From Callorhinchus milii (Eukaryota), in assembly GCF_018977255.1 (NCBI RefSeq), contig NW_024704743.1, forward strand, positions 100,814,001 through 100,878,000: 64,000 bases of DNA, written 5' to 3'. The first letter of the stretch is position 1. Every line of letters starts with the position of its first letter. The translations under genes were made by a program, and so were the position numbers. The notes under the pieces were generated by a model. That model was not told the DNA's origin. It ran no database searches and saw only the letters and a program-made list of their open reading frames with translations. Below, piece after piece: positions 38,614 to 52,362 of the stretch.

Positions 38614-40854
38614 GTCTTAACATGGAATCATGCAAAATCCTTCAATTCAATTTTAATTTGGAAACCAAAAGAAATATGGAAAATTGACTTCCAAATTACG
38701 ACTGAATTGAAGACTTTTAGTTACTTCTGTACAATCTTAAATTTTAAGACAGAACAGTCTGCAAAGACGAAGTGGAATTTCTGGTCTGAAATGTCCAATA
38801 CTAACTGTCCACTGAGGAGTAGATTGTTGATAATGTCACATCAGCATAACAATCTGCTGTGATGGCTTCACATCAGGCCACTAGCTTATGATGGATGAAT
38901 TACTCACAAGTCACACACACAGGTTTACAGGTCAGATACATATGATTGACACAATGGAAAGTAATAAAGAGTAGGACCACAGTGGTATTCTCCCACATTT
39001 CTGTTTCAGGTCAACCTGAGGTCATTTATTGCATCCCACCACTGCTGCAAGAAGTAATGGTTAGCTCAGCACAGACCAGGTAAGGAATCTGAGACGCACA
39101 CCTTGGAGGCTCAATTCCACACAGTGTATTTATCCACTTAGCTCTCTGGGGAACAATAATAAACCTTTTACAACAAACACGAAAAGAAAGCGGCAAGAGT
39201 ACACTTAAGTACAAGTTTTCTTATCATTATCATATCATTTTAATTGGCCATTTTAATGTCATTTTTACCATGTCAGATTTGACCTTGTGGGCTTTGAACT
39301 ATAAGACTGGTTGTTTTCAGTCAAGCCAGTGAAATAAATCATAGCAAAACCTTCCCATCACTTGGTCACTTGATAAAGCCACACACCCAGGTACACATCA
39401 CTTTACATCATAGCTATAGGTAGATTTACTGTAGAGTGCTATCTGAATACCACTGTGAATAAAAAATAATCAAGATATAGACTCATACAAAAACATACGT
39501 GTAGAAAATAGACGTGTTACCCAACAATGACCAGCTGCTGAAAAACATCACAATGAAACCATGCGTACTGAGTGTCCCCTCACTTAATCTGTTTTACAAG
39601 ATTACTAAACGGATTAGTAGTCTTTACGATGCTGGAAATTAAGGATGGGTTTTAACAAGAAGCCATTCACTTTAGGAAACAACAGCTTCCCTGGAGTGAA
39701 TTCTGGTGATGAATAATAAAAGACCAGAATGATTCCATTTTGAGGCTTGTTAAGTCGCTTTCGAAATATCGGACAAAAGCATTTCAGAGGCACCATTTAC
39801 ACCATGTCGAGGCACCACGTGCGAAGCTTGGCATACCAGGCTCTGGGCCAGTCAACACTTGGCAATTAATTACCCTCTGGGTGTCTGCAAAGCTTCACGT
39901 TACTTTTATAGACAGCCTGAACCCAACAAGCAATCAAAACTATTCATTGCAAATATCAGAACACATCTGTTTCTCCACCCTTAAATTCAGTATCAAGGGG
40001 CATAAAAAAAACATCTGACAATCACCATGAATCACTGCTAATTGGAACGGACCTAATGACCATTTCAGAAGTCTGTTTAATGAACCAGTATTGTGTATTG
40101 TGCACTGTGTGGTGAAGGCTTGCAGGTATGCTTTATAAATCTTATTACATACAGACCGTTCAATAAAACATTAAAAGCCAAATATGCACAGAATTTTGCT
40201 TTAAAAAAAATCAAAGGCAAAGTTCAAATTCAGAATGTATGCAGGCACAAGTTGGTTTGCAGCAAGCAGGAGTGTAAGTTATATGAATTCGCATTCCCTT
40301 AATCTTAAAGGTCTGATTCTACTTTAACCAGCCCTTTTCATTTAGAATGGGATGGGGGAAGAAATCATACACAAAGGATAGGTTGATACCAAAGAGTAAA
40401 TGTAAAGTGTGGTCTCAAAGGAGTGCCATTACAATAGGCTTCTGACAGGGATGCCCAATTACAGGAAAATGATCTGCACATTCTAACATAAGCCTGCAGA
40501 GTTTTGACGAGAGAAATATGCTGTCTTGCATATGTTACACCTACAAATAAGTACGCTGCAGGCACCACATTTTACAAAATTCTTGTGAAGTGCTTTGAGA
40601 CTTTTAGACAACTTGATCAGGCACGATATCAAATGCACAGAATATTATTATTTTTTTAAAATCCACACATGGTTTGTTAAAACAAACTTCTATTGAGGAC
40701 CGAGAAGATAAATGTAACTTTTGGGAATAAAAAGTGGCATAAGCATTAAATAAATAATATGAAAAATTGAAAGCTTTCTACTATCTACAAAGACTGCAGA
40801 AGTGGAGTTTTAACTTGGATTAACCGCATTTGATCGATGTACAGAAAAGCCACA

Positions 40855-41100
40855 GAAACATAAGAACAAAATGTAACCCATTCGGCTTATCGTGCTTGTT
40901 CCACCATTTTATGGCATCATTGGCTGATATTTTAATTCCATTTCCCTGCCTTTTCACTGTATCCATTAATATTCTTGCATCTTAATGCCTGTCTCTTATA
41001 AAGAACATACCAAATGATTCTACATCTCCAGCTTTCTGGGTAGTGCAAAGCATACTGTCATAAATCTTTGTGTGAAGAACCGGTTTCTGAACTTTCATCT
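40855..41100 (-). mobile_element. CR1 LINE 3' end
   Basis: ACATAAGAAC tail; CCATTCGGC and TGTGTGAAGAA motifs. Confidence 0.55.
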
Positions 41101-41496
41101 TCCAGTCTACCAAAAAGAATTACTTTTTTTAAAAAAGTCAACAACAACAACAACAAGATTACATAAGTATAGCGCCTTTCACGTCAGGAGAACGAATATT
41201 AGGTTTTCAAATACTTCAGATTGCACACCAGCCACATTCAAACGGTATTCTAAGAAGTAACGAAGGCGAGCACAATACTGTAACATTCAAAAAAAAAAGC
41301 TAAAACATTTGGGAGCAATCATGTCAGGTGTTCCAAGTTATCCAAAAAGACTGACATTATTTGCTGAAGTATCTAATTAGAACTATATAAATATATGTCC
41401 AGTACTTAGACAAAACATTTTATAGCTCGAATTATAATTAGAAAACATTGTCCATTTATGAGCTTCTAGAGAAATGCACCGCTAAGTAATTTATGC

Positions 41497-42118
41497 ACAT
41501 TGCCCGCCTCCGCCACTGTCTCACACGCAGGCTGCCGAAACCCTCATACATGCTTTCATTACATTAAGGCTCGACTATGCAAACTCATTGCTTGTTGGCC
41601 TCTCCAATTCCTCCCTCCATAGGTTGCAGATCATCCAGAACTCTACAGCCCACGTCATCTCCCGCACCAGGCTTTGTGGTCCTATCACCACCATCTTCGC
41701 CCAACTCCACTGGCTTCCCATCACACAGAGGACACAGTTCAAGATCCTGGTCCTCACCGTCAAAGCCCTCCACGGTCTTGCTCCCCCGTAGTCCTCAACC
41801 TCCTAAACCCCTACCATCCTGCCTCCTCCCTCCGCTCAGCGGGCTCCGGCCTGCTTTACGTTACCCGCCTCGCTTGCCCCACTATTGGCGGGCGGGCTTT
41901 CTGCCACTTTGCCTCCACCCTCTGGAACTCCATCCTGCAGTCCCTCCGCCTCGCCCCCTCTCTTGCCTCTTTCAAGACCCTCCTCTTAAATCATACTTTC
42001 AATCTCCCTGCTTCCACCCTCCCCGACACCCAGCTCGGGTCCAAAACTCTGTCTGTCCATTGCCTTGGGACGTCCTCCCGACGTGAAAGGCGCTATACAA
42101 ATGTAATGTTGTTGTTGT
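41497..42118 (+). mobile_element. L2-clade LINE 3' fragment (same family as 11212-12099)
   Basis: RLDYANSLLVGLSNSSLHRLQIIQN...LHWLPITQRTQFKIL; tail GGGACGTCCTCCCGACGTGAAAGGCGCTATACAAATGTAAT(GTT)n. Confidence 0.92.
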
Positions 42119-44579
42119 ATTTACATGCTAACACATCAGACACTGGACTGGTCTCTATAAATAAATTTACAAACTAACACAGAAAAATATGTACTATATG
42201 TATATAAGGTACTATACCTCATAAGCTTCAACAATAACCCCCCACAAATGTCAGAAGTCATATTATATTTTTAAGTTGAAAGAAGAGCACTGAACAGGCT
42301 TGATGATTTGTTTTGCAGGCAAACACCCATTTTCTTTCGGACATTAGAAAGTCTTGCAATATGCTCTATTCCCCATTCAAACTTTTGAGACAATTCTGTT
42401 CTGTCCAAATCTCAAGTCCCTTTCACCTAGTTTTTCCCACAAAATACATAGTCAATCCACTGTATAGTATATTCTGTGAAGCGCTTTGAGATGTCTCAAC
42501 GACGTGATAAGGCGTTATATCAAATGCAAGAATTATTATTATTATTAGAAAGGCCTTTTATAAAATGGCAAAATGGCAGCTGGCAGAAGGGTACTATATA
42601 AATGCAAGTCATTGGTGTTATCTGCATGTATTTCTCATTTGTTACTCCTGTTTCAATAATGCTTCTATACAATTTCTATCTGGGCTCCATTTATTTCATT
42701 TTCTGTTCTAGATTCAAACTTTTAAGCTTAGGAGTTCAAGGTTGTGCTATTCATGAACTGAATTGAAAGGGAACATGGATGAGTAGCTCAGGGGTATCAA
42801 ACAGCTGCTTTCCATTTTTCCTCCCATCCCAGTAGTTTTTGTGAGTAGGCCTGAGACACACAAGAATGTCCTCCCAAATGTCTTCTGAATGCCAGCTACA
42901 GAATTTAGACATTTTACAGCTGCATTTAAAATCTGATCATTGCACAGTATTCTCAATCAATGGAAATCATTTGGGGATCTTGGTCAGCAAGTTTCTTTAA
43001 GCTGGTGTCATTGATGATTCATGCTTTCATGGGCAATCACTTGCAGAGGTGAGCCTTACATAATACCTTTGGATAGGTGGTGTTCCCATTGGTTGCAGAA
43101 CACAATTTATGACCTTATTTGAGTAAGGAGTCATTGTAGAGATAAGAATGGATATCTGTGAGTGTTTACAAGACAGTAATCTAATCACAAGATGAAGAGA
43201 ACACCATAAAACTGATTAGTCCATATCAGTCATCTGAACCTCAAAATTAGGTTATCCTTGTAATCGTGGCAAATATACTTTTAGTATTTAAAGATACACT
43301 ATTAAATTTAATGGATATTTTTATTTTTATTCATTTTGTGATCCATATTTGTGCGGTCACTGCCTATCACAATGATCCACCTACACCATGACAGCAATGT
43401 GCAAGGACATTCACGCTGCCTATCTCTTGTGGTCTTATGTAAGTTTAGCCACAAACTACAGCCAATGACGAAGTAATTCTCTGACTATTAAGTGTTAAAT
43501 GCTTCAGGAGGACAAAGGAAGGGAAATTAAGTACTGTCCTGTAATAATGGAGAGAGAGCAATTTTATTAAAAGCTGAATAACATAGTTGAGTGAACTGCA
43601 GCACCCATAGCTACAACCATGGTGGAATAAACCCTAGTAAACTCTTATTGTACTATCATTAACAAATTAAAAAGGCTGGCATGTTCCTACTTTGCTGAAA
43701 TGGATGATCACTAAAGAAAACAAATGGTACACACATTTACAGTTGCAAGCTGTCACTTCAGCTTTCTTTAATGTAGGAGCACCACTAAAGCGTTTCTAAA
43801 CCATTACTAACTCAACTGCAGTCATTAAACCCATCTCATGCATTGCTGAACTGGTTGCGAATCAACGCTCACCTTCTATCTTACAAGCAAGGAAAGAATT
43901 CCATCTAAATGTCTCCACATGAGGTAACACCCAATGAACCTTTTAGCAACTCTGCAAATTTACTTAGAGATCCAATAACAAAACATCCGAACTGAAGATT
44001 TTCCTTATCGGACAGCACGTCAAGTAAAAGAGTTTGGCGACTGGACTAATTCTGCATATTTTGTTCAGGCACGTCCTTCATACAGAGTTTCTGGCTGTTA
44101 AATACATGTAAGCATGTGAAATGTTTAACCCAATCCTTTACATATCTGAACAGTCTCCTGTACAATTGGCAGACAGTGAAAACGCATTTCTTTCTATCAC
44201 TTGGGAAAGCAAATCTGCATTCATTTCTCTGCTCATTACAATATCATTTTGAGTTAAAAGTCGCTGCTCCTGAGCATAGGAGTCCTATGTTAGCACAATC
44301 CTAAGCCTTGTGACCAACATTCAAACCTATTCATTGTAAGCCTATGTTTTTAGACTTTTCCCTTGGGAGAGCTTAAGCACAAATCTAGTTCAGCAATAAC
44401 TGCCCTCAGGCGTACCTGTACTTACCAGCAGAAATAGCAAGGTGCACCACTGAGAATTAGAAAGGCTATTTATTACCTTATTTTGTGCAAGTGTCTATAT
44501 GCCAAGGAATTTAGGGCAACACCTTGGTGCCTTTAATTCTTTGTTGACCGATGGAAAGTCTACTATTTCTGTTTGTCTA

Positions 44580-44706
44580 ACAGAAGATTGGGTCTGACGA
44601 AAGGTCATTGACCTGAAATGTTAACTCACTTTCCTCTTCCCATATATGCTGTTTGACTTGCTGCGTGTTTCCAGCAACTTCTGTTTTTATTACAGAAGAT
44701 TGGGTC
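44580..44706 (+). mobile_element. Penelope-like element fragment with a 15-bp target-site duplication
   Basis: ACAGAAGATTGGGTC at 44580-44594 and 44692-44706 flanks about 100 bp homologous (inverted) to 59585-59725. Family assignment is from recall. Confidence 0.65.
44591..44626 (+). ncRNA. Decayed minimal type I hammerhead ribozyme motif
   Basis: CTGACGA-A-AGGTC-att-GACCT-GAAA-TGTT-AACT: intact catalytic core and helix II. Confidence 0.6.
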
Positions 44707-45480
44707 AGTTAGATAAAGTGGTCAATAGTAGGAACAAACTATAGTTGTTCTGTCATTAGAAGCTCCGAACACAATATAGCTGCAAATATGGCAATAAATA
44801 AATTATTTGAAAATAATCTTCAAAAACACACATGGTTATTTACATTAGGTGAAGTTTGGAGTTAAACCTCGCAAATCTGGACACTGCCTATGCATAGATT
44901 TCCTGTAATTCTGTAAATTTCCATTTCCTTTATTTGAAAAAAAATCAGCACATAATCGTTTTTAAACAAAATTATGTCTTTCCATCCTCTGACATCACAG
45001 GGTTCAGCAGCCAAGAGGAGAGAGGTTAAGCAACCAATTCACCTAACCCCTCCCAACAGCACTTTGGAAACAGATGAGCAAGGACAAGTGCAGCCTCTGT
45101 CGATTCAATGACTGTCATTTGATTTTCCCTACTTCATCCTTAGAGAATGGGAAGTTCTTCAACTTTTACCTAGTTCTTTCTTCTCCTACTCTCTCCTCCA
45201 ACCCTATGGAGGCATCTCAAACCGCTGTATGAGGGAATTGATGGCTCGAAACCTCATGCCACCATCCAATGTTTGGCAGTGGGAGGAAGGGAAGAAATCA
45301 TTTCACTCCTCTCCCAGCTGGAGACCAGAGCACTATAATAATAATCCGTGCTTTTGAAATAGTGCTTTATCACGTCTTCACAACGTCTCAAAACGCTTCA
45401 CAGGTTATACTGCAAAGTGAATTGACTGTATATTTTGTGGGCGAAACGCAGCAGCCAATTGCGCACAGCAGTGTCCCAAT

Positions 45481-46143
45481 GAGAGGCAGAGACACATACA
45501 AGGACAGATGATACAAGGAACAGAGACAGAAAGGCCACATTTATTAATTTAAAGATAGTCATCTTTGCCATTCCATCTTTGTGGCATTAATTATTTCCCT
45601 TGAGTGACACTAGCAGTAACAGTTAAAAAGCAAAGTTTCTCCTCAGCCAGCTCTATTGGTTGTGAGCATGGATGGCAGGTGAGTGAGGAAAGGTCAAGCT
45701 CGGCTGTAACGCTCTCTACAATGAAGCGTCTTGCCGACACTCACTGGGTCAGTGAGGAGAAAAGCTGGACAAATAATTGGGACATATTAAATTTAAAAAA
45801 TAGATAAAGAAAAGTTAAAAGTCACGAAAAAAAAGGAGGTGTGTACCAAAGAGGTTCCAGAAAATAAATACAACACAAAATGTCAGAAAGGTTAAAGTTG
45901 ATTGATTTTGATGCTAAGCAACAGCAAGCAAGGCTTCTGCTCATATCAGAATCAATCCACTTCAACCTTTCTGACATTTTGCATTGCATTTACATTTATT
46001 GAAATTATATAGATATACATAAATAATAAATACCATAAAAATAGTAACTACCACAGAGATGAAAAGGCAAAGAATGTCATCCTTAAATTAATTAAAGTTT
46101 TTTTCTGTCCAGTCTTTTTTTTGCCCTTGTATCCGTGCCTCTC
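45481..46143. repeat. Fold-back structure: outer degenerate inverted repeats plus inner hairpin 45866-45991
   Basis: 45481-45597 versus 46038-46143, and inner arms of about 50 bp. Confidence 0.7.
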
Positions 46144-48169
46144 TTGATATTACAATGTAAAGCATAAATTTAAATAACAACTGCATCAACCACAATTATT
46201 TTGATTAAATAAATTCATTGTGTATTTAGAACAATTAATACTTCTAAAATGTTAATCAAATGCAAATATAAGGTGCCATGTAAGTAACGTCTAAAAATAA
46301 AAATAAGGTTTTCCTTCTTCAGGCGTTATGTTGCCCTGGTTGTGCTCCATGTTGCTTTCGGGCCAACAGCTGTCAGTTATCCTCTCCCTTGTGGACATAC
46401 GGCATCTCATAATCCCCGACAAGCCAGACAGCCCATAATTTTAAGTTCCAGCTGTCACACACACACACTAATGGGGACTGCTGCTACATATTACACCCTC
46501 CTCTGAACCCACAGGAGCCTCACTCTAACTAAAAGCAAGGATGCACTGGTTCGCTCAGGCTTAATCTACGCTGGAGTCAATTCTAATGATTCTCTATTAT
46601 TTTGATTTATAGTAGCACAGTTTATTTTTCCCACATCAAAACTCATACTCCTCTTTTAAACGATCTTGCACACTGCAATATTTAACATTTAGAATCACAG
46701 CTGAGGCCTTGGTGCTTTGCCGGTACATTACTTCCAAAAGTATACCACATCTGAAGGACTTATATTAGATCTTAATGAACCCTCCTCCCCCAGCAGAGTT
46801 CTCATAATCAGTAATGTTATCCATTTCAAATTTACCGGTAGGCTACCCATTGTACATCAAAATACAAAGAGCAGAGGACTTACAAGCTCCTTGGTTTTAC
46901 AACGAAAATGGATCGCCAATATTCAACTGCAAGAAAAAGTCAGAAAATATGAAACGCACACAGGAAAACAAATACACCGTCACACCCAAAATAGCTGCTG
47001 CAGACTACCGCTAAACGAAAAGAAAGCACTGATTCCATTATTTATTTATAATAGGTTCACCCACTGTTAATAATGACTCAATGCATCATACCATCCCTTC
47101 TCCCAATCTCCTACAAATCTACAACAAAAAGGACCAGTAGACTGGAATTTCTGAATCATATAAATAACTTACGACCACATGACCAACTAGTTCCAATCCT
47201 CGGGGGTGGTTTACAAGGTCTCCTTGGAGCAGAGCACAACACTGCTAATGACAGACCCACCAGCCTGGCTCATCAGCAAGTCCAGGGAGGGGCAGACCTG
47301 TCACTTGGCGCAGGATTCTTTTCACACAGCTATCATTAACCCAAACAGGTAGGGTGGTCCTTTCTGGGCAAGTAGCGGAAAGTTTGCCAGACTATGCTCT
47401 CAAAGACAAGCTACGCGGTTTTAACTGCTTAAACTCCAGCAGTTCCCAATACACACTTGAGGATTCCCAAGCTTTGGTTCTTGTGCACTTGTACTCTCCA
47501 AATTAGGTAAGTAAGGTGTATCCCTCCAGGGAGAGAGTGCGCATTGCATTTCAGACACAGGGAAGTTTTCATGTGAAGATGGCAATGCATATGAGGAATT
47601 CTCAGTCTGGTTTGGATACTCTTAAGCCAAATTACATCCTTAAAAGATTCATTGCTCATTTGCCCACCCAAGAACACATTCTTCATTTCAGCGGCAGTTA
47701 TCCTGGCTGAAGTAGCCAGCAATTGTGCAATAATTATGCACATTACCTCCCTTTACCTTGTCATATATTTAAATAAATGCCAAATGTACCCTCTCTATTA
47801 GACAGACATACCCCTGATCATTTCACTTTCAGGCACCTTCAAACTGTAGGAAATAATGAATTAGGTCATCTTTGTGCATAGTAGTGATTCATGACCTTAC
47901 TGAAGTTACTAGCTTAATTTGTCTTTCCTTTAGAGAATTTCTCCCTCCCTCTTTCGGTCCCTTCTACTGACAGGAAGGTAGTATATTATCAAACTTCTAG
48001 ATATGTGCGAGTAAAATCTGCCTGCAGTTTTATCCCATCTCTCTGTAGAGAAACATTTGGCCTAGATGCTGGATGCTTCCCCCTGACACCACTGCCAAGA
48101 TGAGAAAATCATTGTCCAAGGAGTCATACTCCCTAAAAAATCCTTCAATTTGACGTAGCCCCTTATCAA

Positions 48170-48540
48170 GTTGTAACACCTCAAAATGCTTCAGAATTTT
48201 TCTGTTAAGTATAGTGGCTACAGATCAACATAGCAGCTAATTGACACAAAGCAACTTCCCACAAACAGCTAGGAGAGGAGTGGCCAATTTAGTTACAGGA
48301 TTGTTGGACAGGATACCAAGACAAATGCCCTTCTCTTTTGAATAGTGTCATGGGTTGTTTAACATCCACTTGAACTCGAAGATCGGTTAACATCCTCATC
48401 AGAAGGGCGGCACCTCTTACAATGCAGTGCTCCCACTACACTGACCTGGAGTGTCAGCCTGGACTGCGAGTTCCAACCCAGGACTTCAACCTCCAACCCT
48501 CTAAACCAGAGGCAAACCCAGAGTTCTACCAACTGACTCA
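48170..48540 (-). mobile_element. Old DeuSINE-type element
   Basis: Deu core (GAATAGTGTCATGGG...AACATCCTCATCAGAAGGGCGGCACCTC) and tRNA-like head remnants. Confidence 0.7.
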
Positions 48541-51500
48541 GACAAACACTTACCACTTACTTAAGAGCAGAATGTGCTGTGTCACATCTATATTCTTTCT
48601 AGATGTATACCTTGGGAGCTCTTCATAAAATAATGGCATTTCATCTTAGTCAGTTGATTAAATAAATGATCTATTGAGGGATTATTGCACTACTCCTCCA
48701 TCAATATAACTGTACAGTTTTACTGAAGTTTATACTGAATTTGTGAAACGTGTGACATATAACAGTCGTCAAAACAGATTTTGACAAGTTTATCAATAAC
48801 AGACAGTATTTTCCATCTTAATTCTTATACTGTAGACTCTAATTATTACTGTTTAACTTCTCAAAGTAAGGAGCTGGAATGCATTTTACATAGATGCCAT
48901 TCCATTTAATTGTAAGCATTTATTTGGTTTAAAGTTTTAACTTTTCATACACTGGTCACCATCGCCTGTTCAAAGGAATCAAATACAAGTGCACAAAACA
49001 GTTTATTAATGGCCAAGGTGTTATTATCTCTACAATTACCAATAGAATCAGTCTTGCGTATTTAATTTTTTTAGTGCAGTATCTATTTTACCCACTCCCT
49101 TCTTTGTTCCATTCCTGTCACTGGTATGGACAGTATACCACACAGTGTTGATCTGGCAATCTCCCCAGGAGAGAATAAACTTATGGTTTATAACCTGATG
49201 GACATCTCCAAAAACTAACATGATGAAGCGCTCCGGGACGCTATTCCATGTGATGCCCGCAATATAAATGCAAGTTGTTGCTCCTTAGTCAACCTACCAG
49301 GAGACCTACTGCTGAGCAGTGCAGGAAGGAAACCCTTTGTGGACACACTTTTTACTCTCTACCCTGGCAACCCAGCTAAAGCTACTGAGTCACTATTCCT
49401 CTGGGAAGCCAGAGGAGGAATTTTAATTGTGGTCTTCCAGCAATATTAAAAGGCAAATTAATTTTATTCTAAGTGATACATCTGGCACGTTTGCTGCAAG
49501 GAACCACGCCCCCCCGGCCCCCCACCCACCACATCCATTATTAATCCACATAAATTTTTGTTGGTGGGAGGGGGGAGGGAAGAGAGAGTGGGCTTTCAAT
49601 GGCAAAATGTAACAAGAGAATTCGAACATTACTTCGACAATTCTAATGTTCAGAGATGCATCCTTTTTACACAATGAGACACCTTGATCTGAGCACGTAG
49701 CCAATCATTAAAAGTGGAACACTTTAATCTGCTGAACGTAGATGTGTCACAAAGGCATAAAATCTATCTGCAAATCGACGGGATGCTCTGAGAGGGCGTG
49801 GCACCCAGTACTGTACTGATGATGGAAACTGAGCAGCTGCAGCCAAAAAGACGAAAATAAAAAATGACTTGAGTTTAAAAAAAAGCAAGCCAGAACCATG
49901 AAAATGAAATACAGTACAAAGCTTGTGTCCTTGTATAGGTGCAAGGGTTACGCTATTACAAATTCATGCACATTTAAAATTAATCACCCCAATTTTACGC
50001 AAAAAATAAAGATTTCTCAATTTGAAATATCAGTTTATTACCACCGTTAAAGAAAAACAATTCAACTCAGTCTAATGTAAGCATACAAACTCCAAAATTC
50101 ACCTTCATCTGATAGTTTGCATCTCTACGTGCATCAAAGAATGATTTTAAACTGTGAAACAAAATGACTGCTTTGGGGCAGAAGCACACATACAGCATTG
50201 TTTGCCTTAACCAGGGAAGGTAGTTATCTCCAATTCCCATCTCACTGCTTCTTACAATTATAAGATCTCAAATTCACTATGATAAAGGAATATAAAGCTT
50301 CTGCACCAAATGTACTTTGCAGTACTAAACAAGTGCATTTGTACATGTTTTTGGATCACAACATCATTCTTTCCATATCACTTTAACATTGTAGATGTAG
50401 CTGCATTTGGCTAGACGTACTAAATAATTTAATACACATCTCCAATGCAGTATTTTGAAACACAATTTCAGAAAAAATGATTAAATGAAAAATTTGTAAC
50501 ATTAAGTTAGTGTGGTAAAACATGAAAAAAATATTCACAGCTAAATTGATGGGTTGGGTTTAAGTCATGTATCTTAAAGAGGGTGGAGAGAGTTTGTTGG
50601 TAAATTGCATCAATTCAATACATAGTATTGTCAAACTTCCTTTTTTGTAAAAATATATGCGTGATGAACAACTTGTATACCGAAAGAATATTGACTCTCC
50701 ATATAGTGGATAATAGGCAGCAACTGCCTCAATATAAAGCACTTCAGGTTCAAAATATTTTTCATTAGGTTGGGCATGGATCCACCAAGATATCTTGTTA
50801 GAAACACAGCTTCTGGTGGAAAACAACAACATTTCAACGCTTTGGTTCTTCTCCATTCCAGGAGGGCATAATAAATTCCATTACTTGTTGAAGACAGAAA
50901 AGTTTCGAGAGCTTGCCCTGAATGGATACTCAATGGGCTGACACTGCAGCTGCTGATAAATCAGTAATTGAAGTGAAAAATCAAGGTCAGGCCTTTAGCA
51001 ATGAAATGCATTTTGAGAAAAATTCATAACCTTCAAACCAATGAGTTCGGCCTTACATTCCACAGGAGATACCTACACTTTCAGAATGTTACATTAATTC
51101 TGCATGTCCATTATGTTTCAAAAAATGAAATGGATATAGAATTATGAACATTATTTGGGAAATGAATGAATACACTTGGCATCCACTGTAATGCTTTTGC
51201 CTCCATAATCTCACGTTATTTAAGTAGAGGTGCAAATTGAATGATTATGGTATTTAAAAAATTCAAGTCATTTAGTTTAAAATTTTGAGGAAAGTGGAGG
51301 AAGCTGTCCAGAGAAAAACAGAAACCTGTATATAAAATTAACTTTCTGAAAAATATTACAGTAATAAGGTGAAGACGCCATGGATGAGGATTATGAGTCG
51401 GCTTTTACTAATTTTCACCAATAAATACCTGGAGTGTTTTTATCCTGATTAAAATTATTATTTTTCCTGGCTAAAAATTGACGTTAATGGCTCTTAACCA

Positions 51501-52053
51501 TGGAGGATCTGATGCAGAGTGATGAAGATTCAGCTTTCACCAAGGTTTAGGGGTGTCTGGGGGATTGCTCAAAGCAATGCTGCAGTTGAAAGAGAAAAGC
51601 AGGATGCAGCCAGTTAGTTACATGTTAACAGAGCAGCTGGTCAGTCAGCTACATCTGAACAGAAGAGAATACAGAATGTAATAAATGCTGAATGCATCAG
51701 CAACCCACATTTTGGAGAATCTTGCTTTTAAATTAGAGGGNAAAAAGTACAACAATAATTTGAGTTTGAAGACGTGCAAACGTCCGTTCTGAGATGATGC
51801 CCTGCAAACTCGGCATACTTTTATACAAGTGAACTGTTTTTTTGTTAATAAAAATAATAATCCTTACATTTGATGTCGCGGCTCATCGCGTCTTCGAGGC
51901 GTCTCAAAGCGCTTCACGGAATATACTGTAAAGTGAACGGACTGTGTGTTTTGTGGGCGAAACGCTAAGTCACTTAGCGCCATTCAAGTTTCCCAAGATG
52001 GTTTAGCTGATGGCTACCATATGTTGCCACGAGCATAGCACTGAGAGATTAAA

Positions 52054-52362
52054 ACACACACACACACAGCAGCACAGCAGCACAGCACAGCCAGTCTCTC
52101 CCTGTCTAATGCGGTGAGAAAGTGAGTGGTGGGCAGCACTTCTCATTGAAGGGTGCAGCAGTCCAGAGAGTGCCGTCACTGCAGAGGTCCAACAACTGCC
52201 ATTGAGCCCACACCACACCCACCACCACCACCACCACCCACCGCATTGCAGAACTACTGCCAGTGAGAGACGAGCAAAGCTGCAACTCTGCACACACTGA
52301 CCAGACCAGACAGATAAATCACGCCAGGATCTCCCTCCCTCCCTCCCTCCCTCCCTCCCTCC
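52054..52362. repeat. Microsatellite cluster: (CA)n, (CAGCA)n, (CAC)n, (CCCT)n
   Basis: Seen directly. Further (ACAAAT)3 near 52512, (CA)n near 52743 and (GGA)n near 53336. Confidence 0.85.
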
